A stretch of 39,192 nt of DNA from an uncultured Anaerolinea sp. Its GTDB lineage: Bacteria; Chloroflexota; Limnocylindria; Limnocylindrales; CSP1-4. Shown piece after piece: positions 25,381 to 32,791 of the stretch (position 1 is its first letter; every line of letters begins with the position of its first letter). The position numbers and the translations under genes were made by a program. Under the pieces are notes generated by a model. The model did no database searches. It was given only the letters and a program-made list of their open reading frames with translations, and was not told where the DNA came from. Location of the stretch: positions 1-39,192 of the forward strand of contig CAZOJS010000046.1 in NCBI GenBank assembly GCA_964580175.1, read 5' to 3'.

Positions 25381-27330
25381 TCAGCTCTCGACCAGGCTCC
25401 GGTCGTACTCGCGGCCGCGCTCGCGCTCCCGCTGATGCTTGGCCAGGAGGCGCTTGCGCAGCCGGATCGACTGCGGCGTGACCTCCACCAGCTCGTCCGT
25501 GGCGATGAATTCGAGCGCAGACTCGAGCGTCAGCGGGCGCGGTGGCGTGAGGCGAAGCGACTCATCGTGGGAGTGGGTCCGGATGTTGGTGAGCTTCTTC
25601 TCCTTCGTGGCATTGACATCGAGGTCGCCCGACCGGGCGTTCTCGCCGACGATCATGCCTTCGTACACTTCGACCCCGGAACCGATCAACAGCGCCGAGC
25701 GCTCCTGCAGGTTGAACAGGCCGTAGGCGTTGGAGGTTCCGCTTCGATCGCTCACCAGAACGCCGGCGGTTCGATGCGTCACCTCGCCTGCCCACGGGCC
25801 GTAGCCCTCGCCGAGCTGGTGCAGGAGGGCCGTGCCGCGGGTGTCCGTAAGGAGCTGTCCGCGGTAGCCGATGAGCCCGCGTGTCGGCAGCACGTATTCG
25901 AGACGGACGCGATTGTCCGTGTCGGTGGTCATCTGCTCGAGTCGTCCCTTGCGCGCCGCCAGGGCCGTCTGGACCTCGCCGATGTATTCGGGCGGGATGT
26001 CGATGGTGACCCGCTCGTACGGCTCGTGAACCTCGCCGTCGATCTCGCGCAGGATGACTTCGGGTCTTGATGCCGTCAGCTCGTAGCCCTCGCGGCGCAT
26101 CTGCTCGATCAGCACGGCCAGCTGCAGCTCGCCGCGCCCGCGGACTTCGAACGTGTCGCCCGATTCGGTGGCGTAGACCTCGATGGACACGTTGCCGAGC
26201 GTTTCCCGGTCCAGGCGCGCCTTGATCTGCCGGGACGTGACGAACTTGCCCTCCCGACCCGCGAGCGGCGAGGTGTTGACCCCGAAGGTCATCCGCAGCG
26301 TCGGCGCGTCAACATCGAGGCGCGGCAACGGCCGTGGGTCGCCGGGTTCCGTGATCGTGTCGCCGATCGTCACATCCGGCAGGCCGGCCACCGACACGAT
26401 CTCGCCCGGGCCGGCCTCGGGAATGTCCACCCGATCGATGCCATGGGCGGTCTGGAGGCTGGTGACGGTCCCGGAAATCGTCACGGTTCGCCCGGGCTCA
26501 ACCGTGCCGGCGGTATCGCCGGCCTCCTCGCGCACCACGGTGATCCGCTGACCGACCTTGATCGTGCCGTTGCGGATCCGTCCGACGGCCATGCGACCCA
26601 CGTATTCGTTGGCACTGAGGTTGGTCACGAGGAGCTGGAGCGGGTGCCCCGGAACATGCCGCGGCGGCGGCGTCACCCGGACGAGCAGGTCGAGGAGCGG
26701 ACGGAGGTCCGTGCCAGGGACGGCGAGATCGAGCGTCGCGGTGCCCAGCTTGGCGTTGGTGTAGACGACCTTGAAGTCGATCTGATCGTCGTCGGCACCG
26801 AGATCGATGAACAGCTGGTAGACCGCGTCGAGCACCTCGGACGCGCGTGCGTCGGAGCGGTCGATCTTGTTGATCGCGACGACTACCGGAAGGCGCCGCG
26901 CCATGGCCTTCTGGAGGACATAGCGGGTCTGCGGGAGCGGCCCCTCCGCCGCGTCCACCAGGAGCAGGACGCTGTCCACCATCAGGAGCGAGCGCTCAAC
27001 CTCACCGCCGAAGTCGGCGTGACCCGGGGTATCCACGATGTTCAGGCGCACGCCGTCGTGATCGACAGTCGTCTGCTTGGCGAGGATCGTGATCCCCTTC
27101 TCGCGCTCAAGGTCGCCGGAGTCCAGGACCCGGTCCACGACCGCCTCGTTGGCCCGAAAGGTGCCCGTCTGTCGAAGCATCGCGTCGACGAGTGTCGTCT
27201 TGCCGTGGTCTACGTGGGCCACGATCGCGACATCGCGAAGGTCGTCGCGCGAGACCGCGTGATCGTCGCCCGCCGCAGACACAACGTCGTCGACGGCCCG
27301 GGGCAGCGTGGAGCGGATCGGATCGGTCAT
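25381..27330 (-). CDS. typA: Translational GTPase TypA/BipA
   Basis: 649 aa. G1 [13 protein letters not shown]3 [13 protein letters not shown]4 NKIDR, then EF-G-like domains II, III and V and the BipA-specific C-terminal domain. Confidence 0.95.
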   Translation of the reverse strand: MTDPIRSTLPRAVDDVVSAAGDDHAVSRDDLRDVAIVAHVDHGKTTLVDAMLRQTGTFRANEAVVDRVLDSGDLEREKGITILAKQTTVDHDGVRLNIVDTPGHADFGGEVERSLLMVDSVLLLVDAAEGPLPQTRYVLQKAMARRLPVVVAINKIDRSDARASEVLDAVYQLFIDLGADDDQIDFKVVYTNAKLGTATLDLAVPGTDLRPLLDLLVRVTPPPRHVPGHPLQLLVTNLSANEYVGRMAVGRIRNGTIKVGQRITVVREEAGDTAGTVEPGRTVTISGTVTSLQTAHGIDRVDIPEAGPGEIVSVAGLPDVTIGDTITEPGDPRPLPRLDVDAPTLRMTFGVNTSPLAGREGKFVTSRQIKARLDRETLGNVSIEVYATESGDTFEVRGRGELQLAVLIEQMRREGYELTASRPEVILREIDGEVHEPYERVTIDIPPEYIGEVQTALAARKGRLEQMTTDTDNRVRLEYVLPTRGLIGYRGQLLTDTRGTALLHQLGEGYGPWAGEVTHRTAGVLVSDRSGTSNAYGLFNLQERSALLIGSGVEVYEGMIVGENARSGDLDVNATKEKKLTNIRTHSHDESLRLTPPRPLTLESALEFIATDELVEVTPQSIRLRKRLLAKHQRERERGREYDRSLVES

Positions 27331-27340
27331 GGGCGGGCGG

Positions 27341-27349
27341 ATTGTCGCA
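27341..27349 (-). promoter_or_regulatory. Putative extended -10 (TGcGACAAT), 10 nt upstream of the typA ATG
   Basis: Minus strand reads gTGcGACAATccgcccgcccATG. No SD. Confidence 0.35.
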
Positions 27350-27398
27350 CACCCTCACCGATCGGCAGCCCTGCGGGGTCGGCCACCGGCCGTTGGAC

Positions 27399-27407
27399 TG
27401 CTAGGAT
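27399..27407 (+). promoter_or_regulatory. Putative extended -10 (TGcTAGGAT), 9 nt upstream of the GTG of the MobA-like gene
   Basis: Plus strand reads gacTGcTAGGATcaccgtcccGTG. No SD. Back-to-back with the typA element in the 86-nt divergent spacer. Confidence 0.3.
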
Positions 27408-27416
27408 CACCGTCCC

Positions 27417-28115
27417 GTGACCGTTGCCGCCGTCATCCTCGCCGTCTCAGCTGAAACCGCCCTCGCGGACGCGGGCGGCGTCCCGCGCGTCCGTCGGATC
27501 GCCGATGCCGCCTGGTCCGGTGGCGCGATGCCGATCGTGGTGATCGCACCCGATCAAGATGGGAGGATGGCGACCGCGCTGGCCGGTGCCCCTGTCACGC
27601 TGGGCGCTCCAGCGGCCCTGGAGGGCGGCCCGGCCGCGCACATCGCTCGCGGCGTCGACATTGCGGCCGGCGAGGTCGGCGGGACGAGCGCCGCCCTGAT
27701 CTGGCCTGCCCGGCTGTGCTGGGTAGGTCCGGAGACCATCACCTCGCTCGTGGAGGCGCACGGCTCCGATCCCGGCGCCATCCTGCGGCCGGCGTATCGT
27801 GCTGAACCCGGTTGGCCCGCGCTCGTTCCACTGAACGCACTGGCGGAGCTGCGGACGTTTTCCTCGGGCGCGATGCCGGAAGAGTTGCTGGCCCTGCTGG
27901 TGGCCGGGGGCCGGCACGCTCTGAAAGCCATCGATCTTGGTGATCCGGGATCGGTCATCGACGGTACGACCGCGCGCGAAGACCTGCCTCCCTACGAAGG
28001 GCCGGCGGAATCGGGCGGGGCGCGTGAGTGGGGCGCGCCGCTCGCCGCCATGCCCGATGACACGCCGCTCGAGGGTCCCGCTCGGGCCCCGGCCGGGGCG
28101 GCCACCGCGGAGTAG
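27417..28115 (+). CDS. MobA/MocA-like (NTP_transf_3-like) protein with degenerate active-site motifs
   Basis: 232 aa, GTG start. Overall layout resembles molybdenum-cofactor nucleotidyltransferase-like proteins (AAVILA..., PIVVIAP, ...VGPETITSLVEAH...ILRPAYRAEPGWPALVP). The LAAGxSxRxG and DxP motifs are replaced (LAVSAETALADAGG; WPARLCWV). Confidence 0.5.
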   Translation: MTVAAVILAVSAETALADAGGVPRVRRIADAAWSGGAMPIVVIAPDQDGRMATALAGAPVTLGAPAALEGGPAAHIARGVDIAAGEVGGTSAALIWPARLCWVGPETITSLVEAHGSDPGAILRPAYRAEPGWPALVPLNALAELRTFSSGAMPEELLALLVAGGRHALKAIDLGDPGSVIDGTTAREDLPPYEGPAESGGAREWGAPLAAMPDDTPLEGPARAPAGAATAE

Positions 28116-28116
28116 G

Positions 28117-29046
28117 TCAGGTCGGGGAACCTCGCGCGCTCCTCGCCCGGTCTCGCAACCGTCCGACCGGGATCGTTGCCAGGGCAATGCCACCGATGAT
28201 CAGGAACACGCCGGCGAACTGGAATGCCGAGGGCACCTCGGCGAGCAGGACCCGCGCCAGGGTCACGGTCGCAACCGGTTGGACGAGCAGGATGATGGAA
28301 ACGAGCGCGGCCGGGAGACGCGGCAGCGACATCGAGATCAACAGATAGCCGACCGATTGTGAGGTCACTCCGACCAATGCCAGCCAGCCGTGGCTCGGCC
28401 ACGACGGGAGCGGATCCAGATCGCCGATGATGAGGCCGGCGATGATCGCGACCACCATGGTAGAAGCCGTCGCGATCGCAACCGGGCCGGCCGGTCGACG
28501 AATGTCGTTGGTTCCGCGCCGGATCAGGAGCAGGTAGCCGGCGTAGAACAGGGCCGTGGCCGTCCCGAGCCCGACACCGAGCGGCGGATTGGCGCCGTAC
28601 GCGCCCGCCCCGACCACCCCCGAGATCAGCACGGCGCCGACCAGCACGACTGGTGTCGCCAGGAGGACCGGCCGCGGGGGCCGCTCGCCGAGCACGAGCC
28701 AGGCCACGAGCCCGACGACCAGCACCTGCATGTTGCCGAGGACCGTGGCGAGGCCCGCCCCCACCGCGTCGACCGCATGGTGCCAGGTGAGCAGATCTCC
28801 CGCGAAGAACGCCCCCGCGATGATCGCCAGGTAGACCGTTCGTCGCGGCAACGGGCCATAGCGGCGCCGCTCGAGCATGGCCACGAGGATCAGGATCGGC
28901 AGCCCGTACAGGCTTCGGAACACCGTCACCGTGGACGGCGACACCTCGGCGTAGCGGTAGAAGATCCCTGAGAACGCGATGGACAGCGCCCCGAGCAGCG
29001 CCGCCAGTCGTGGCCGTGCCGCGATAGCGTCGTACAGGGCGCTCAC
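28117..29046 (-). CDS. EamA/DMT-superfamily transporter
   Basis: 309 aa from GTG 29046, 16 nt after the aspS stop. About ten hydrophobic helices in two EamA-like halves (LGALSIAFSGIFYRYA..., ...GVTSQSVGYLLISMSLPRLPAALVSIILLVQPV). The track ORF to 29283 overlaps aspS. Confidence 0.8.
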   Translation of the reverse strand: MSALYDAIAARPRLAALLGALSIAFSGIFYRYAEVSPSTVTVFRSLYGLPILILVAMLERRRYGPLPRRTVYLAIIAGAFFAGDLLTWHHAVDAVGAGLATVLGNMQVLVVGLVAWLVLGERPPRPVLLATPVVLVGAVLISGVVGAGAYGANPPLGVGLGTATALFYAGYLLLIRRGTNDIRRPAGPVAIATASTMVVAIIAGLIIGDLDPLPSWPSHGWLALVGVTSQSVGYLLISMSLPRLPAALVSIILLVQPVATVTLARVLLAEVPSAFQFAGVFLIIGGIALATIPVGRLRDRARSARGSPT

Positions 29047-29062
29047 CCGGGGACCCGGGCGC

Positions 29063-30934
29063 TCACGCGGACTTCCCGGGAGTCCCCACGAACTTGAGGC
29101 CGAGATCGGCGTACTGCGAGGCGTCCGGTTCGGATGGTGCCTCGAGCATCGGATCGTTGCCGGATTGTGTCTTGGGGAACGCCATGACCTCACGGATGTT
29201 CGTCTGGTACGCCAGCAGGGCGGCCCATCGATCGATGCCGAGGGCGATTCCGCCGTGCGGCGGAGCGCCGTATTCGAAGGCATCGAGGATGGCCCCGAAC
29301 ATGTTCCGCATGCGTTCTTCGCTGTAGCCCTGCAGGGCGAAGCTGCGCTCGAGCAGGTCGCGGCGCCAGATTCGGACTGATCCGCCGCCGAGTTCCCAGC
29401 CGTTGAGCGCGATGTCGTACTGCATGGCCCGGGCCCGGCCGGCCGGATCCTCGAGGGACGGACGCGAGGCGTCTCCCGACACCGTGGTCAGGAGTGCCTC
29501 ATCTTCGGGCACGACTCCGGAGAACGGGTTGTGTGTCGCGTCCCAGCGGGCGCCGTCCGCGTCCCACTTGTACATCGGGAACCGGTGGACCCAGCAATAC
29601 GCGAGGACATCCGGATCGGCCAGCCCGAGCCGCACGCCCAGGTCCGCGCGGAGTCTCCCGAGCACGTCGTTGGTGACCTCGGTGGTGTCGGCGACGATGA
29701 GGACGAGATCGCCGGGGTTCGCTCCAGCCCTGGCCGCCAGCCGATCCGCGAGGTCATCGCCCAGGAACTTGAGAATTGGGCTCTTGATGGTGCCTTCGGT
29801 CTCGACCGCAAGGTGCGCGAGGCCCTTGGCCCCGAACCGCCGCGCGGTCTCGGTCAGCTCGTCGATCCGGCTGCGCGGCGCATCGGCCAGCCCCGGGACG
29901 GCAATCGCCTTCACGCGGTGGCCCGCCGCCAGGACGTCATCAAAGACCCGGAACCCGGACGATCCAGTCCCGTCGGCGGCGGACAGATCCGGGCCGAGAT
30001 CTGCCAACTCCATACCGAAGCGCAGGTCCGGCTTGTCGGATCCAAACCGCTCCATCGCCTCCGCATGGGTGAAGCGCGGGAAGGGCGTGGCCTGCAGCGG
30101 CCGGTCGGGCACGACGGACCTGGTGACCGCGATCGCCATCGCTTCAACGAAATTCATGACTGCCGCCTCGTCGACGAAGCTCATCTCCAGGTCCAGCTGG
30201 GTGAACTCAGGCTGGCGGTCCCCGCGGAGGTCCTCGTCACGGAAGCAGCGGGCGATCTGGAAGTAGCGATCAACGCCGGCCACCATCAACAGTTGTTTGA
30301 GCTGCTGCGGGCTCTGCGGCAGCGCGTAGACCGTGCCCGGCTGGAGCCGTGACGGAACGATGAAGTCGCGCGCGCCTTCGGGCGTGGACTTGATCAGGTT
30401 GGGGGTCTCGACTTCGACGAACCCGTTGGCGTGATGCACTTCACGGATGGCCTGGACGAGGCGGCTGCGCAGAAGCAGGCGCTGCTGCATCGGATCCCGG
30501 CGGATGTCGAGATAGCGGTACTTCAAGCGCAGCGCCTCGTCGACCGGCGCGTCCGGATCGTTGATGTAGAAGGGCGGGGTCTTCGCCTCGTTCAGGATCG
30601 TGAACGCGGTGGCCTGGACTTCGATGGCCCCGGTCGCCAACTTTGCGTTCTCGGTGCCGGGGAGGCGCAGCGCGACGCTGCCCGCGACGCTCACGACGAA
30701 CTCGGATCTGGCGGCCGACGCGACAGCGTGGGCGTCCGGGGAGTCGGCCGCGTCGATCACGACCTGGGTGATTCCGTAGCGATCTCGCAGATCCAGGAAG
30801 ATCAACTGGCCATGGTCACGACGTCGATGGACCCAGCCGGCCAGCCGGACGGCAGATCCGGCATCCGAGGCCCGCAGCGCCCCACAGGTGTGGCTGCGAT
30901 ACGGCGTGGCCAGGGATGCCATCGGGTCAGTCAT
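29063..30934 (-). CDS. aspS: Aspartate--tRNA ligase (bacterial type)
   Basis: 623 aa. OB anticodon domain (VRLAGWVHRRRDHGQLIFLDLRDRYG), motif 2 FRDEDLRGDRQPEFTQLDLEMSF, GAD insertion, motif 3 PPHGGIALGIDR. Confidence 0.95.
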   Translation of the reverse strand: MTDPMASLATPYRSHTCGALRASDAGSAVRLAGWVHRRRDHGQLIFLDLRDRYGITQVVIDAADSPDAHAVASAARSEFVVSVAGSVALRLPGTENAKLATGAIEVQATAFTILNEAKTPPFYINDPDAPVDEALRLKYRYLDIRRDPMQQRLLLRSRLVQAIREVHHANGFVEVETPNLIKSTPEGARDFIVPSRLQPGTVYALPQSPQQLKQLLMVAGVDRYFQIARCFRDEDLRGDRQPEFTQLDLEMSFVDEAAVMNFVEAMAIAVTRSVVPDRPLQATPFPRFTHAEAMERFGSDKPDLRFGMELADLGPDLSAADGTGSSGFRVFDDVLAAGHRVKAIAVPGLADAPRSRIDELTETARRFGAKGLAHLAVETEGTIKSPILKFLGDDLADRLAARAGANPGDLVLIVADTTEVTNDVLGRLRADLGVRLGLADPDVLAYCWVHRFPMYKWDADGARWDATHNPFSGVVPEDEALLTTVSGDASRPSLEDPAGRARAMQYDIALNGWELGGGSVRIWRRDLLERSFALQGYSEERMRNMFGAILDAFEYGAPPHGGIALGIDRWAALLAYQTNIREVMAFPKTQSGNDPMLEAPSEPDASQYADLGLKFVGTPGKSA

Positions 30935-30943
30935 TGCCCGCGT

Positions 30944-30949
30944 ATCGTA
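30944..30949 (-). promoter_or_regulatory. Putative -10 hexamer TACGAT, 9 nt upstream of the aspS ATG
   Basis: Minus strand reads cccgaTACGATacgcgggcaATG. No SD. A plus-strand TATCGT (30943-30948) overlaps it and could serve the divergent DsrE-like gene. Confidence 0.3.
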
Positions 30950-31016
30950 TCGGGCACCGGCCGGATTGGAGGGCCGACCCCGGATTCGCCAATTCAGACA
31001 AGACGGAGGGCGTGGA

Positions 31017-31379
31017 ATGTCGCGACTGCTGGTTCACATTGCCACGGGTCCTGAGAATCCGACACGAGCGGCGCTCGGGCTGCTTGTTGCCCGGACCGCG
31101 CTTGAAGCGGGACACGCGGTCGACATCTTCCTCGCCGGCGATGCGGTCGGGATCCTTCGACCGGCCACACTCGATGCGGGAACTGGCATCGGGACCGGCT
31201 CGCTGCGCCAGCACGTCGATGCCCTGGTCGCAGGAGGCGCCGCGATCTACGCGTCCGGCCAGTCAAGCAAGGCGCGCGGGCTCGGGCCCGACCAGGTGGG
31301 TGACGTCGCAGTCCAGTTCGCGCCGCCCGACGTCCTCGTCCGGCTCACCTTCGAGGCCGATCGCGCGCTGACCTACTGA
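31017..31379 (+). CDS. DsrE/DsrF-like family protein (cysteine-free)
   Basis: 120 aa from ATG 31017, preceded by GGAGGG. LLVHIATGPENPTRAALGLLVARTALEAGHAVDIFLAGDAV ... AIYASGQSSKARGL matches the DsrE/YchN-like fold pattern. The protein contains no Cys at all. Confidence 0.6.
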   Translation: MSRLLVHIATGPENPTRAALGLLVARTALEAGHAVDIFLAGDAVGILRPATLDAGTGIGTGSLRQHVDALVAGGAAIYASGQSSKARGLGPDQVGDVAVQFAPPDVLVRLTFEADRALTY

Positions 31380-31383
31380 GGAA

Positions 31384-31409
31384 GGCGCCGCGAGCCGCTC
31401 GCGGTCGCC
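31384..31409. terminator. GC-rich hairpin between the convergent DsrE-like gene and hisS (candidate bidirectional intrinsic terminator, no U-tract)
   Basis: GGCG-c-CGCGAG-ccg-CTCGCG-gt-CGCC: 10 bp of stem with one small internal loop. It fills the 31-nt convergent spacer. Confidence 0.35.
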
Positions 31410-31410
31410 C

Positions 31411-32712
31411 TCACTCCGCGCCGCCATGACGGTGCTGCTTGACCGACCTGGCGAGCTCGCGAGCCAGGTCGCCCAGCGCGACGAGTCGCTGCGTGCCGGC
31501 CTTCAGATCCCGCAGCTGGACCTGGCCGGCAGCAAACTCGTCCCCGAGGATCACGGCGAAGTGCGCGCCGTCGCGGCCCGCGGCCTCCATCTGGCGACCA
31601 AGCTTGCGAACCCCGAGATCGGCGCGAGCCGACAAGCCGGCTCCCCGGAGGTCCGTCGCAACGCGGAGCCGGTTCAGGGTGTCGGCCGGATCGGCAGAGA
31701 CGACGACGGCATCCGGTGCACGGCCCGTGGCCCCGGCGGCCGCCGCGCCCTGCTCGTCGAGCACCAGCGCCACGCGATCAAGCCCTAGCCCGAAGCCGAT
31801 CCCCGGCGTCGAACGACCGCCGAGCAGTTCAACGAGCCCGTCGTATCGACCGCCGCCACCGAGGGCCTGCTGCTGTCCTGACCGACCCAGTACGTGGAAC
31901 TCAAAAGCCGTCCGCGTGTAGTAATCCAACCCTCGCACGAGGCCCGTGTCCACGCGGTACGGGACGCGGAGCGCTTCGAGATGCTCCCGCACTGCCGCGA
32001 AGTGGCCAGCGCAGGCAGCGCACAGGTGATCCGTGATCCGGGGTGCCCCGCTATTGATCGACGCCATCGCCGGATCCTTCGAGTCGAGGAGGCGCAGGGC
32101 ATTCCGGCCCAGGCGATCTCGCTCGGTGGCTGGAAGATCGCCGGCCACGCCCTCGTAGTAGCCGGCCAGCGCCTCGAGGTAGGCCGGACGGCATATCGGA
32201 TCGCCGATCGAATTGACCACGACCTCGACGTTCGTGACACCGACATCGGCGTAGAACCGCGTGCCGAGCTCGATGATCTCGGCGTCGATGGCCGGGCCCG
32301 GATCCCCGATCGCCTCGACATCGAACTGCCAGAACTGGCGGAAACGACCGGCCTGGGGCCGGTCGTAGCGGAACATCGGTCCGATCATGGCGAGCCGCAC
32401 CGGCTGGGGCAGGGTCTGCATCCCATGCTGGACGTAGGCCCGGGCAATCCCGGCGGTAGGCTCGGGGCGGAGAGCCCACGCCTCGGCCTCTTCGTTCCGC
32501 GGCGCGAGGCGGAACAGCTCCTTCTCGACAACGTCGGTGGCCTCGCCGATTCCGCGCTCGAAGACGGCCACTTGCTCGAACAGCGGTGTTTCGATGGGTC
32601 GGTAGCCGTAGCGGTCCGTGAGGCCCCGCGCGACGCCTTTCAGCCGGAGAAACCTGGCAGCCTCGTCGGGCAGGAGATCGCGGGTGCCACGAGGCGCTCT
32701 GAAACTGGGCAT
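31411..32712 (-). CDS. hisS: Histidine--tRNA ligase
   Basis: 433 aa. PRGTRDLLP, motif 2 MFRYDRPQAGRFRQFWQFDVE, GGGRYDGL, motif 3 GFGLGLDR, C-terminal anticodon-binding domain. Confidence 0.95.
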   Translation of the reverse strand: MPSFRAPRGTRDLLPDEAARFLRLKGVARGLTDRYGYRPIETPLFEQVAVFERGIGEATDVVEKELFRLAPRNEEAEAWALRPEPTAGIARAYVQHGMQTLPQPVRLAMIGPMFRYDRPQAGRFRQFWQFDVEAIGDPGPAIDAEIIELGTRFYADVGVTNVEVVVNSIGDPICRPAYLEALAGYYEGVAGDLPATERDRLGRNALRLLDSKDPAMASINSGAPRITDHLCAACAGHFAAVREHLEALRVPYRVDTGLVRGLDYYTRTAFEFHVLGRSGQQQALGGGGRYDGLVELLGGRSTPGIGFGLGLDRVALVLDEQGAAAAGATGRAPDAVVVSADPADTLNRLRVATDLRGAGLSARADLGVRKLGRQMEAAGRDGAHFAVILGDEFAAGQVQLRDLKAGTQRLVALGDLARELARSVKQHRHGGAE

Positions 32713-32719
32713 GGAACGC

Positions 32720-32725
32720 AGTCTA
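32720..32725 (-). promoter_or_regulatory. Putative -10 hexamer TAGACT, 7 nt upstream of the hisS ATG (leaderless-type)
   Basis: Minus strand reads gccgcTAGACTgcgttccATG. No SD. Confidence 0.4.
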
Positions 32726-32791
32726 GCGGCGGCTCACGGGCCCGTTCCATCCAGCCGACCCATCCCGGATCGATCTGCGCGGATCGGGCGC

